A stretch of DNA of 64,000 nt from Candidatus Scalinduaceae bacterium (GCA_046759445.1 JBHICG010000003.1:32001-96000), one strand, 5' to 3'. Numbered from the stretch's first letter, positions 46,398 to 56,587 are shown. The notes: generated by a model not told the origin, from the letters alone. Numbers and translations: made by a program.

Positions 46398-47921
46398 TTA
46401 ACTTGAAAATAGCTTGTGTGTCTGGTTTAAAATTATTTCATTACTCCATTTCGGACTGATAAATTCTTTTAGCAATTCTTTTTTCACCCGCTCGAATACT
46501 CCAATCCAATCATAGAATTGAGTTTGTCTGAATAGGCGCATACTTGGATACCACGAGCTATCATCACGGTTTAGCAACCAGCGCCAGTCTGGCGCAGAAT
46601 GTAATAGATTCCACACAGGTTTTCCAATGGCTCCAGCCAGATGCGCAACTGCGGTATCTACGGAAATGACCAGTTCCAGATTAGCTATTACGGCTGCTGT
46701 ATCTGCAAAGTCGTTTAACTCATCTCCCAGGTTAGTTAGTTTAACCCACTTGGGTGGATCGAGTGTATCTACTGATGCTGGTCCTTTTTGGAGTCCGTAG
46801 AAGGACAGGTCTGGAATGTTAAATAATGGAACAAAATCAGCCAGTGAACAGGAACGATAACGATCCTTCTTGTGCTTGGGGCTACCTGCCCAGACAATAC
46901 CAATCTTAAAATCATTATTGTGATCAAGTCGCATGTGCCATTGATCAACGAGCTTGGGATCAACAGTAATGTAAGGTATGTCTGATGGTATGGTGTCTAA
47001 GGTAGTGCCGAAAATTCCAGGTAAGCTCAGCAGAGGGACATGAACGTCGAATTGATTAGTTGTTTCCTTGTCAGGTGTTCGTTCTACAATCTCATCAATA
47101 CCTGCGCAATTTTCCAATAATTTGGATAGGCCCCGTTGGCACTCAAATAGCACATATCCACCCTGTGCCTTGACCATAGGTAAGTACCGTACGAAATGAA
47201 TGGTATCACCAAAACCTTGCTCAGCATGCACCAGGATATGCTGACCATTGAGTGGTGAGCCATCCCATTGGGGTTGTTTGAAATTTTTAGGGGCATCATC
47301 TTTTGTACAAAGTCTCCATTCATATTCTGGCCAACCCTCTTCTAACTTTCCAGCCAACAATAATGCAACAGACATATTCATATGGGCATCAGCAAAGTCT
47401 GGTTTGTGTTTTATTGCCTGCCTGTAATTTCCAACTGCCTCGTCAAGCTTACCCTGTTCTTTAAGCACATTACCAAGGTTGTAATACATCTCAGCGTCAC
47501 CTGGGTTGTGTGAAATTGCATTCCTGTAGCTATTTACTGCCTCATCAAGCTTGCCCTGTTCTATAAATGCATTACCAAGGTTGTAATATGCATCAGCATA
47601 GTCTGGCTTGAGTGTTATTGCTTGATTAAAACTTAGCACTGCTTCATCGAGTTTACGTTGTTTTTGAAGAACAGTGCCAAGATTATTGTATGCTACCACA
47701 TGGTCTGGTTTGAGTTCTATTGCCTTCCTGAGAAATATGGTGGCAGTTTCAAGATTTCCCTGTTGTAGATTAAGAGTTCCAAGAAGAAAAATTGCGTCAA
47801 TATTTCCTGGTTGTTTGTCAAGTATCTTTTGGTAAAGCTGTGCCGCTGCTGCAAGATTTCCCGTTTGGTGACAGTTATGTCCTTCTTGAAGTAAGTCTTC
47901 TATATTGGCCATTATAAGCAA
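46398..47921 (-). CDS. TPR plus GT9-like glycosyltransferase
   Basis: TPRs. EQGFGDTIHFVRY, SVDTAVAHLAGA, DWRW. Confidence 0.9.
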   Translation of the reverse strand: MLIMANIEDLLQEGHNCHQTGNLAAAAQLYQKILDKQPGNIDAIFLLGTLNLQQGNLETATIFLRKAIELKPDHVVAYNNLGTVLQKQRKLDEAVLSFNQAITLKPDYADAYYNLGNAFIEQGKLDEAVNSYRNAISHNPGDAEMYYNLGNVLKEQGKLDEAVGNYRQAIKHKPDFADAHMNMSVALLLAGKLEEGWPEYEWRLCTKDDAPKNFKQPQWDGSPLNGQHILVHAEQGFGDTIHFVRYLPMVKAQGGYVLFECQRGLSKLLENCAGIDEIVERTPDKETTNQFDVHVPLLSLPGIFGTTLDTIPSDIPYITVDPKLVDQWHMRLDHNNDFKIGIVWAGSPKHKKDRYRSCSLADFVPLFNIPDLSFYGLQKGPASVDTLDPPKWVKLTNLGDELNDFADTAAVIANLELVISVDTAVAHLAGAIGKPVWNLLHSAPDWRWLLNRDDSSWYPSMRLFRQTQFYDWIGVFERVKKELLKEFISPKWSNEIILNQTHKLFSS

Positions 47922-47969
47922 ATAAGCTCCTTAATACTTTTATAAATAAGATATGTGCCTGATTAGAGT

Positions 47970-49466
47970 TTAGGTGTTTTTGATTAAAGCCTCCTGTTTC
48001 AGATTTTTTACAGACAACTGAGTGAGCAATTCTTTTTTCACCCGCTCGAATACTCCAATCCAATCATTGAATTGCGTTTGTCTAAATAAGCGCATACTTG
48101 GATACCACGAGCTATCATCATGGTCCAATAACCAACGCCAGTCTGGCGCAGAATGTAATAGATTCCACACAGGTTTTCCGATGGCTCCGGCCAGATGCGC
48201 AACTGCAGTATCTACCGAAATGACCAAATCCAGATTAGCTATTACGGCCGCTGTATCTGCAAAGTCGTTTAACTCATTTTCCAGGTTAGTGAGTTTCATC
48301 CCCTTGGGTGGGTCGAATGCCTCTACTAATGTTGGTCCTTTTTGGAGTCCGTAAAAGGACAAGCCTGGAATGTTAAATAATGGAACGAAATTAGCCAGTG
48401 AGCATGAGCGATAACGGTCCTTCTTGTGCTTGGGGCTACCTGCCCAGACAATGCCAATCTTAAAATCATTATTGTGATCAAGTCGCATGTGCCATTGATC
48501 AACGAGCTTGGGATCAACAGTAATGTAAGGTATGTCTGATGGTATGGTGTCTAAGGTAGTGCCGAAAATTCCAGGTAAGCTCAGCAGAGGGACATGAACG
48601 TCGAATTGATTAGTTGTTTCCTTGTCAGGTGTTCGTTCTACAATCTCATCAATACCTGCGCAATTTTCCAATAATTTGGATAGGCCCCGTTGGCACTCAA
48701 ATAGCACATATCCACCCTGTGCCTTGACCATAGGTAAGTACCGTACGAAATGAATGGTATCACCAAAACCTTGCTCAGCATGCACCAGGATATGCTGACC
48801 ATTGAGTGGTGAGCCATCCCATTGGGGTTGTTTGAAATTTTTAAGGGCATCATCTTTTGTACAAAGTCTCCATTCGTATTCTGGCCAACCCTCTTCTAAC
48901 TTTCCCGCCAACAATAATGCAACAGACATATTCATATGGGCATCAGCAAAGTCTGGTTTATGTGCTATTGCACGACGACAACTTTCCACTGCTTTATCAA
49001 GTTTACCTTGTTCCAGAAAGGCAGAACCCAGGTTGCTGTATGCAAGCACATAATCTGGTTTAAGCGCTATTGCTTGAGTATAGCATTCCACTGCCTCATC
49101 GAGTTTACCCTGTTTTTTAAGCGCTGTGCCAAGATTGTTATGCGCATCTGGATAATCTGGTTTAAGCGCTATTGCATGACGACAGCATTCCATTGCCTCA
49201 TCGAGTTTATCCTGTTCTTTAAGCGCAGTACCAAGATTACTGTATGCCATCGCATAATCTGGTTTTAGTGTGAGTGTTTTCTTAAAATATATAGTAGCAG
49301 TTTCCGGGTTTCCTTTTTGTAGATTCAAGGTTCCCATGAGAAAGATTACGTCGACATGATCTCGCTGCACGTCAAGTATCTTTTGGTAAAGCCTTTCTGC
49401 TGCCATGAGGTTTCCACTCTTATGAAGGCTAAGTGCATTTTGGAGTAAATTTTTAGTGTTTACCAT
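47970..49466 (-). CDS. TPR plus GT9-like glycosyltransferase, near-identical catalytic half to its neighbour
   Basis: Same motifs. Long near-identical DNA tract shared with 46398..47921. Confidence 0.9.
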   Translation of the reverse strand: MVNTKNLLQNALSLHKSGNLMAAERLYQKILDVQRDHVDVIFLMGTLNLQKGNPETATIYFKKTLTLKPDYAMAYSNLGTALKEQDKLDEAMECCRHAIALKPDYPDAHNNLGTALKKQGKLDEAVECYTQAIALKPDYVLAYSNLGSAFLEQGKLDKAVESCRRAIAHKPDFADAHMNMSVALLLAGKLEEGWPEYEWRLCTKDDALKNFKQPQWDGSPLNGQHILVHAEQGFGDTIHFVRYLPMVKAQGGYVLFECQRGLSKLLENCAGIDEIVERTPDKETTNQFDVHVPLLSLPGIFGTTLDTIPSDIPYITVDPKLVDQWHMRLDHNNDFKIGIVWAGSPKHKKDRYRSCSLANFVPLFNIPGLSFYGLQKGPTLVEAFDPPKGMKLTNLENELNDFADTAAVIANLDLVISVDTAVAHLAGAIGKPVWNLLHSAPDWRWLLDHDDSSWYPSMRLFRQTQFNDWIGVFERVKKELLTQLSVKNLKQEALIKNT

Positions 49467-49480
49467 ATCAATGTTATTAT

Positions 49481-49497
49481 TGCTAAACCCATGCCAA
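49481..49497 (-). promoter_or_regulatory. Sigma54 promoter of the glycosylation island
   Basis: Minus strand TTGGCATGGGTTTAGCA, GG-N10-GC. Confidence 0.7.
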
Positions 49498-49737
49498 AAA
49501 ATTTTTTCATAAAAAATTTCTATTATATATAAAATTGTTTATAACTGATTGTAAGGTATAGACTTATTTGTGTCAGCCAAAGTAAGGTGCTTTAGTGAAG
49601 ATTTTCTTTGCTTATTGTTTTCATTAATATATGTATAATTTTTCACCATCTTTGGGTAAAATTTTCCGAATCCTTGAGGTCTTTTTGTAATACTACAATC
49701 TCTTAAGCAACTAAGGCATTTGTGCAAGTTAAAAATA

Positions 49738-49765
49738 TTGACATTTGTTTGCTCATAGTTAGAAT
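49738..49765 (+). promoter_or_regulatory. Candidate sigma70 promoter
   Basis: TTGACA-N16-TAGAAT, about 30 bp before the ATG at 49797. Confidence 0.55.
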
Positions 49766-49796
49766 GATAAAATAAAGCTACGGGAGCTAATTTATT

Positions 49797-50411
49797 ATGA
49801 TAATACTGAATAAAACCTTAAGAGAAAATTTTTTTATAATTACTGGTCTTCTGATTGCGTTATGTAATGGTTGCCAGTTTGAAGATAGGAAAGAATTTGT
49901 TGGTTCAGAAGTTAAGATGCAAAAAACCAAAGAAGAGACTGCAGGGCCTAAAGTTGAGTTGCAAAAAACTAAAAATGCTGTTACTCCAAGTCAGGGAGCA
50001 GGATATTTAAAAGGTGGTTCAACTGTGAGTCTTGGCTTATTACATGGAGATGAAGAGCTAAAGATATTGGAAAAGGTTAAAAAATTAGAAAGAGAATTAA
50101 GTGCAGAAAGAGAAAGGCAAAAAGCCCTTAACCAAGAACTGGCTGAGGTAAGAGAAGCTAAAGGGAAATTAGAGAAAGAATTTACTGATACCAGGGAGAA
50201 ACTGGAAGAGATCAACAGAAATTTGTCAGAAGAGATTAAGGTCTTAAAGTCTCAAATAAAAGATTTGGAGGAAAAAACTTCAACTGCTCAACAGCAATCA
50301 AGACAGTTAAAGAAGCAGGTTTTAGAGGCGCAAATGGCGGAAACAAAAGCTAAACAAAAGTTATTCAAATTAAAAATTGAGCAGTTGGAGAAAAAACGAG
50401 GAGAGCAATAA
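49797..50411 (+). CDS. Coiled-coil putative lipoprotein
   Basis: Hydrophobic signal ending LCNGC. Long heptad-rich C-terminus. Confidence 0.7.
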   Translation: MIILNKTLRENFFIITGLLIALCNGCQFEDRKEFVGSEVKMQKTKEETAGPKVELQKTKNAVTPSQGAGYLKGGSTVSLGLLHGDEELKILEKVKKLERELSAERERQKALNQELAEVREAKGKLEKEFTDTREKLEEINRNLSEEIKVLKSQIKDLEEKTSTAQQQSRQLKKQVLEAQMAETKAKQKLFKLKIEQLEKKRGEQ

Positions 50412-50424
50412 TAGTGCCTTAATA

Positions 50425-50480
50425 AAAATATTTTGACCAATCCCTGTTCAAAACATACAGGGACAAGTTTTAGCAAAAAT
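50425..50480 (+). repeat. 56-bp element with an inverted copy at 61896-61951
   Basis: AAAATATTTTGACCAATCCCTGTTCAAAACATACAGGGACAAGTTTTAGCAAAAA. The reverse complement matches almost exactly. Confidence 0.9.
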
Positions 50481-50564
50481 TTCAATTTACAATTTAGGAA
50501 TTCAGGAATTTAGGGATTCACAAGTTATTCAATTATTCAATTCCTTAATATTTATAATTCCGAC

Positions 50565-51230
50565 TTGTTCAGGTTAGGCTTTATGCGGATTGTCGATATG
50601 AAAAATATATTAACCAAAACAATAATATTAATTTTTTTTACTGCAATTGTTTTTGAAGGTTGTGTCTCATTATCTCAAAAAAAATTTGAATCTATAAGTT
50701 TTTATAAATCCAATGAATACAACAATACCAGAGTGCAGAGAGTTTTGCTAACACCATTTACTTATGAAACTAGCAGAGAGAAGGTAATAAAAGAAGTCAC
50801 AGAAGCCTTTTTTGTTGTATTACAAAAGAGTGTGAAATTTGAGACAGTTTTACCTCGTGCGTTTCGAGATATCACATTGCAACAAAATGATCTCTGGGAC
50901 AAAGGGATTGTTAAAGCCGAAACAATAATTGAAGCTAAAAAGATATTTAAAGTAGATGCAATTATTTTTGGCACAATCACCCAATATAATCCTTACGAAC
51001 CACAAGTTCTTGGTGTAAAAGTTAGTATGTTTTCCACCACTTCTGGAAGAGTTATATGGAGTTCAGACGCCATTTTTGATAGTAGTGAGTCATCAGTTGT
51101 ACAACTTGTAAAAAATTATTATAAAGATAATTTTCAAAAAAAGCAGTCACTTTTTGATTGGAAGATGATATTGTTGTCTACGAAACGCTATGCACAATTT
51201 GTTGCTCATAATATCATTGCTACTTTATAA
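50565..51230 (+). CDS. Putative lipoprotein, CsgG/LpoB/FlgO-like alpha-beta fold (ATG at 50598 likely)
   Basis: Lipobox FEGC. RVLLTPF...VDAIIFGTITQY...SGRVIWS pattern. Confidence 0.7.
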   Translation: MFRLGFMRIVDMKNILTKTIILIFFTAIVFEGCVSLSQKKFESISFYKSNEYNNTRVQRVLLTPFTYETSREKVIKEVTEAFFVVLQKSVKFETVLPRAFRDITLQQNDLWDKGIVKAETIIEAKKIFKVDAIIFGTITQYNPYEPQVLGVKVSMFSTTSGRVIWSSDAIFDSSESSVVQLVKNYYKDNFQKKQSLFDWKMILLSTKRYAQFVAHNIIATL

Positions 51231-51440
51231 TATTAAATGCATTTAAAAATCACCAAATTAATACCAACATTGTCCGTCAAAGCCTTGTATCATTCTCATT
51301 AAGAAATTGACACCTTAAAAGATTTCACATTCTCACTTATATTCATCATCTTCTAAAACACCCTATCTTTATCTAAAGCATTTCACAAAAGATATTTTTG
51401 TATTAACCATCCATATTATTTATTATTTAACACGAAAATG

Positions 51441-51690
51441 GATTCCCGATCGGGGTCGTCGTGTGATTCTGCCTGTCCTTCGGACAGGTCGAGAATCATC
51501 TAAGCAATTCCGCTGTTGCGGAATTGCCAATGACAAACTTGTAACGTTCTAACTTGTTTCCAGAATTCAACTTATCTGTCATTCCCGAGGAATGCCTACT
51601 TGGGAAGCAGACAGGGAATCTGATCCTGACTTTCGTCAGGACATGCTTTCATCCTTCGTGGTGCCACTTAGTGGCATGAATGTTTGATCA
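51441..51690. repeat. Composite GATTCCC/GTCATTCCCG-type palindromic element with nested inserts
   Basis: Copy of the 33444 element, plus GTCATTCCCG...GGGAATC, TCCTGAC..GTCAGGA and TGCCACT.AGTGGCA hairpins. Confidence 0.8.
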
Positions 51691-51997
51691 GAAAATAAAC
51701 TCCTGAACGTTCAGAAAGAGAAGAAATACTCCCCGCTTAAGGCAATTCAGAGAATTGCCAGAAATCCAATTTTTTAATTCGATTTTCATAATTCGTGACG
51801 ACCAGAGTGTTATGAGTGTTTATACAGGAAATTTTTTCCATGTAGTATGTAAAAAGTATTTATTGATTTCTTAATGAGTGGAGAAACTAATGTATAATAT
51901 CTAACTCAACAAAATTGTTAGTATCATAACTGCTTGAAACAAATAGGTTAATAAGAACATTTGCAAAAAAATTAATTTGCCTATCTTAAATTTGTTT

Positions 51998-52014
51998 TTG
52001 GCACAGAGATCGCT
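51998..52014 (+). promoter_or_regulatory. Sigma54 promoter for fliK-flgD-flgE
   Basis: TTGGCACAGAGATCGCT, GG-N10-GC. IHF-like TAACTGCTTGAAA about 70 bp upstream. Confidence 0.75.
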
Positions 52015-52057
52015 TAAGACAGAAGTCGTAAAGTTTATACCGGTGTAAAAACCTAAA

Positions 52058-52190
52058 TAGTATTTGTTGCAGAAAGCTTAAATACTCAAAAATGTCATTC
52101 TGAACTTGTTTCAGAATCTATATATATAAGACGTTAAAGACCCTGAAACGAGTTCAGGGTGACAATATAGTATTTCCACAACAGATACTA
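52058..52190. mobile_element. MITE-like element (shorter copies at 38734-38802, 62853-62928, 58659-58684)
   Basis: TIRs TAGTATTTGTTGCAGAAA / TTTCCACAACAGATACTA with a shared AAAAATGTCA core. Confidence 0.75.
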
Positions 52191-52208
52191 AATAATCGTT
52201 TATATAAA

Positions 52209-54401
52209 ATGTCTGAGCACGCCTTAAACTTACTATTTGGAAATGTTACTGCAAAAGAATCTTCTTTTGCAGTGTCATCAAAAAAAACTGAAAATTCCTC
52301 ACAGGCTAATGTGGGCGAAGAAAGCTTTCTTACAAAGTTAGCACATTCAGTTGAAAGTATATCCACATCAAACAAGCAGATCCTTCCCTCTATTACACTG
52401 GGATCGACTATGTTAAACCTGAATGAACTTAACGACAAAATAGAAATGACTCAAAAAGATATTCTACCTAACATTGAGGGTCTAGAACAATTATTGCGGG
52501 GACTTAATCACAATATAAACAATAGTATCAACCATGTACCTGATAGTGATATGACGTCAATGACAACCCAATTACATACATTATTAAATGATGAGGCAAT
52601 ATCACTCACAAAGGACGTAAATTCCAATATAAATCCTATGCTTAAGCAAAACTCAGTACAAGAAAAAACTGAGAGTAACAATCCTCCTCACGTACCTAAC
52701 ATTTATAAATTACTGGATACAATAACATCAATCAATAATATTATTAATAATGTTAAGTCTGGTGTATCGACAAACAAGGCTAATACATTACTGAATAATT
52801 TCTTTTTAAACAATGAAAGCGCTGGTACTGTTAAAGATTTGAACATTAACCTTAATACCAACGCTAAAGCTACAAACACAGCCGGTCTTGTTACAATTGT
52901 TGAAAAAACAGATCAAAATGCATCTTTTCAATCATCCAGGGTGATTTTAAATACACAAACCCCGGAAACTGACGTTTTATTAGATACTAAAGAAGGTCAC
53001 AATAATAGGACACACGTACAGCCGTCATCACATTATACCAACAGCACTTCACCCGTAAAACTCAACACAAATCCATCACTTCGGCAAAGCTCAGTACAAG
53101 CAAAGGCAGAAGGCCAAGGGCTTAATGTCGTCAGAACACTAAATGCTATGATTACGGGTAAGGGTGTTGTTATTAATGATGCTAAAACTCATAAACTCGT
53201 AAACAAGACAAGCATATCACAATATACCAATAACACTTCACCCGTTAATCTCAACACAAATCCATCACTTCGGCAAGGCTCAGTACAAGCAAAGGCAAAA
53301 GGCCAGGAACCTCTCAACGAACTGAATGTTTCTAAATTACAGGATAATATAATCTCAGGGAATAGCAATAGAATCAATAACGTAAATCTACCAGCCAAAA
53401 TGGCTCTTTCAGGTGGGGGTAGTGAATCGGCAATTCAGGCAAATACATCATTAGACAATTCTTTTATAAGCAATCAAAGCACTGGTAAAGTTAAAGATTC
53501 AAACGTGAATCTCACTGATACTAATATTACTAACACTACAAGCAAACCTAACCTTGATACAATATTTGAAAAAACAAATCAAAATACTTCTTTTCAATCA
53601 TCCAGGGGGGTTTTAAACACACAGGATTTTAGCAAAACTTCATCCGCAAATTCCAATACAAGTCCATTACTTCAACAGACTTTAGTACAAGCTAAAGTGG
53701 AAAACAATGTGCCTCCTCAAGAACTGAATGTTTCTAAATCTCAGGATACTAAGACCTCAGTCAATAATAGTACTAGCAATATTAAATTGGACGAATCTGC
53801 AACCCAGACTAATACATCACCGGGTAATTCTTTCGTAAACCCAGAAACCTCAGATTCGTCTAAAGAATTAAATATAAACTTTGCGAATATCAAACAGGGT
53901 ATAGAATCAAAGGTAAATTATGCCAGTGATTTCAGACACATAAATATATCACAACCTCTTGAAAAACTAGGTGAGAATATAGCAGACAACATTATTCAAA
54001 GGGCAAAACTGTTTATGCAAGGGGATAAATCTGAAATAAGGATTCAGCTTAATCCGCCTGAACTGGGAAATCTCAAACTTGACTTTAAGATTATAGATGA
54101 CCATTTAGAAGCAAAAATTGTTGTAGAAAGGTCAATAGTAAGGGACATTATTGAAAAGGACATTCCAAAGTTAAGGGAGCTTATTTCTAATTCTGATATT
54201 GATGTCGGTAAGCTGGATGTCTCTCTTCAAGGGAAAGAAGAAGAAAAATTGAGTTTTACGAACAAAGGTTTTCAATCAGATCCAGGGAGTCATGAGTCTC
54301 AAGATCTCATGAATCAAGAAAAAGAGAATTTAGAAGATGAGGTGGATGAAGAGTTAGCTATGAGTTTATCAAATTCAAACGAAATTAATTATCTTGTATG
54401 A
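52209..54401 (+). CDS. fliK: Hook-length control protein FliK (730 aa)
   Basis: C-terminal T3S4 domain IQLNPPELGNL. Low-complexity N/S/T-rich body. Precedes flgD. Confidence 0.9.
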   Translation: MSEHALNLLFGNVTAKESSFAVSSKKTENSSQANVGEESFLTKLAHSVESISTSNKQILPSITLGSTMLNLNELNDKIEMTQKDILPNIEGLEQLLRGLNHNINNSINHVPDSDMTSMTTQLHTLLNDEAISLTKDVNSNINPMLKQNSVQEKTESNNPPHVPNIYKLLDTITSINNIINNVKSGVSTNKANTLLNNFFLNNESAGTVKDLNINLNTNAKATNTAGLVTIVEKTDQNASFQSSRVILNTQTPETDVLLDTKEGHNNRTHVQPSSHYTNSTSPVKLNTNPSLRQSSVQAKAEGQGLNVVRTLNAMITGKGVVINDAKTHKLVNKTSISQYTNNTSPVNLNTNPSLRQGSVQAKAKGQEPLNELNVSKLQDNIISGNSNRINNVNLPAKMALSGGGSESAIQANTSLDNSFISNQSTGKVKDSNVNLTDTNITNTTSKPNLDTIFEKTNQNTSFQSSRGVLNTQDFSKTSSANSNTSPLLQQTLVQAKVENNVPPQELNVSKSQDTKTSVNNSTSNIKLDESATQTNTSPGNSFVNPETSDSSKELNINFANIKQGIESKVNYASDFRHINISQPLEKLGENIADNIIQRAKLFMQGDKSEIRIQLNPPELGNLKLDFKIIDDHLEAKIVVERSIVRDIIEKDIPKLRELISNSDIDVGKLDVSLQGKEEEKLSFTNKGFQSDPGSHESQDLMNQEKENLEDEVDEELAMSLSNSNEINYLV

Positions 54402-54417
54402 GAAAGTGAGGTGAAAA

Positions 54418-54816
54418 ATGAACATTTCTGGTGTTAGCAATCCTTCCGTTGCCAATATTAGTAATTCTGGCGCTTCCAAAGAAGATTTTCTGCGCCTATT
54501 TGTAACACAATTAAAAAACCAAACCCCTTTAGACCCTCTTAAAGGGCATGAGTTTATTGCTCAGTTGGCACAATTTAGTTCGCTTGAACAACTTACTAAC
54601 CTTAATACTTCATTTTCAGAAACATTTAAATTACAACAACTAATAGGAGGAGGTGGTTTAATTGGAAAAGAGGCAAAATTTATAGGTGTATCTGGAGGGG
54701 CTTCACAGGGAGTAATCACAGGAGTTAAAACGGGTAACGGCACAATATCAGTTATAATACAAAACGAAGAAATTCCACTATCTAATATAACTGAAATATT
54801 CAATAGTAAGTTATAA
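54418..54816 (+). CDS. flgD: Hook cap protein FlgD
   Basis: KEDFLRLFVTQLKNQTPLDP...FIAQLAQFSSLEQ. Confidence 0.95.
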   Translation: MNISGVSNPSVANISNSGASKEDFLRLFVTQLKNQTPLDPLKGHEFIAQLAQFSSLEQLTNLNTSFSETFKLQQLIGGGGLIGKEAKFIGVSGGASQGVITGVKTGNGTISVIIQNEEIPLSNITEIFNSKL

Positions 54817-54824
54817 CCAATTAC

Positions 54825-54916
54825 AATTCCCCCCTTTGCTGAAGGGGTGAAATCCCCTTAATCCCCCCCCACTTCTTGCTTTCGCAAGAAAGCAGTGGGG
54901 GGAAATAGGGGGATTT
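54825..54916. repeat. Nested palindromic element
   Basis: AATCCCCTTAATCCCC[CCCCACTTCTTGCTTTCGCAAGAAAGCAGTGGGG]GGAAATAGGGGGATT. Confidence 0.88.
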
Positions 54917-54961
54917 GGCATTAAATTATTAAACCATCTTTAAAAGGAAAGGGGTAAAAAA

Positions 54962-56572
54962 ATGACAGTATCATCGTTAGTTTCAGGTATATCAGGATTA
55001 AAGACTTCACAAACGGCCTTAAATGTTATTGGTAATAATCTGGCCAACATGAACACGCCTGGTTTTAAGGTTTCACGAGTAACTTTTGCCAATCAACTGG
55101 CGCAAACCCTGAGAGCAGCCCTGGCGCCCGGCAGTGGGCTTGGTGGAAGAAATCCAATACAGGTTGGTTCCGGCGCTACAGTTGCAAGTATAACTAAGAA
55201 TTTTTCTCAAGGAAGCATCGCTCCAACAGGACGTCCATTTGATCTTGCAATAGAGGGTGAAGGTTTCTTCATCCTTTCAAATGGAACTCAGGAGTTTTAT
55301 ACCAGGGTAGGTTCTTTCATTCTGGATAAGAACAACGATCTTATAGATGCAGGTACGGGTCTCAAGGTAAAGAGTATTACGGGTACGATCAATATCCCCG
55401 TCAACACAACTGTGCCAGCACAGGCAACAACCACCGTTAATATGGCTGGAAATCTAAACTCTGCAACAGCAACTGGCGCAATAAATCAAGTGGTTCAATC
55501 TGCCACCCCATTTCAAATAGCTGGTCCCGCTCCTGCAGTTGCCGCAACTCCTTTGAATAGCCTTCTTACCAATACAGCCGCTTATACTGCTGGAGAAGTA
55601 ATCAACATAATAGGCACAGAAGCCAATGGCGCAACAGTAAGCGCTAGTTTTGTTTATGGAAGTGGAGCCGGACAAAACGGCACGACACTGGGTGAACTCA
55701 GGGACTTTATAACGGCAAGTTTTGGCACGGCAACGGCAACAATTGATGCAAGTGGAAATATAGTGCTGACGGCGACCTCACCAGGTGCATCATCACTCTC
55801 AATGACAATTGCTGACGCTACCGGACAAACTGGCGCTACAACTTGGACTTCCTTTGGTGTTAATACTGTTGGAAAAGGTGAAGTATTTACGACTACTGTT
55901 TCGTTATTTAATGCACAGGGGACATCAATCCCAGTTACGCTCACTTTTGAAAGGACAGCATCCAACACATGGGGTATGACGGCAACAATGGATCCCTCTG
56001 AAGGTTCTGTAACCACTGCCATTACGGCCATAAACTTCAATAATAACGGTACATTAGCGTCTGTCACGGGCACGCCTACTATAACGGTAACCTATCCTAA
56101 CAGCACTACACAGGCAGTAACTTTAGATTTTGGTGTTCCAAATGGATTTAGCGGTATAACTCAATTTAGTGGCACATCATCTGCGGCGGCAACTAATCAA
56201 AACGGCTTTGCGGCGGGTTTCTTTTCGTCATCAACCGTGAATTCGAATGGAACAGTTGTCGCATTGTTCACAAATGGCCAAACTCAGGAAATTGGTCAAT
56301 TACAACTGGCTACCTTCAGCAATCCAGCCGGTTTATCTCAAGAAGGAGAAAATTTATTAACAGCAACGGTTTCTTCTGGTGAACCAATACTTAAGGCAGC
56401 CCTTTCTGGGGGAGTCGGAACAATTGTCAGCGGTGCATTAGAAGGATCTAACGTAGATATAGCAGAAGAGTTTACAAATTTAATTGTTTCACAAAGGGCA
56501 TTTCAGGCTAATGCACGTACAATCACAACAACGGATGAGGTACTACAAGAATTAGTCAACATAATAAGGTAG
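54962..56572 (+). CDS. flgE: Hook protein FlgE
   Basis: VIGNNLANMNTPGFK, DLAIEGEGFF, LEGSNVDIAEEFT..I..QRAFQAN. Confidence 0.96.
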   Translation: MTVSSLVSGISGLKTSQTALNVIGNNLANMNTPGFKVSRVTFANQLAQTLRAALAPGSGLGGRNPIQVGSGATVASITKNFSQGSIAPTGRPFDLAIEGEGFFILSNGTQEFYTRVGSFILDKNNDLIDAGTGLKVKSITGTINIPVNTTVPAQATTTVNMAGNLNSATATGAINQVVQSATPFQIAGPAPAVAATPLNSLLTNTAAYTAGEVINIIGTEANGATVSASFVYGSGAGQNGTTLGELRDFITASFGTATATIDASGNIVLTATSPGASSLSMTIADATGQTGATTWTSFGVNTVGKGEVFTTTVSLFNAQGTSIPVTLTFERTASNTWGMTATMDPSEGSVTTAITAINFNNNGTLASVTGTPTITVTYPNSTTQAVTLDFGVPNGFSGITQFSGTSSAAATNQNGFAAGFFSSSTVNSNGTVVALFTNGQTQEIGQLQLATFSNPAGLSQEGENLLTATVSSGEPILKAALSGGVGTIVSGALEGSNVDIAEEFTNLIVSQRAFQANARTITTTDEVLQELVNIIR

Positions 56573-56587
56573 TTACTGAGGACTTCG

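Noticed and set aside
31264..49466. Diversity-generating retroelement (Avd-like gene plus near-identical repeat pair)
   Set aside because: No reverse transcriptase in the window. Mismatches between the GT9 copies are not adenine-specific, and both copies are coding paralogs.
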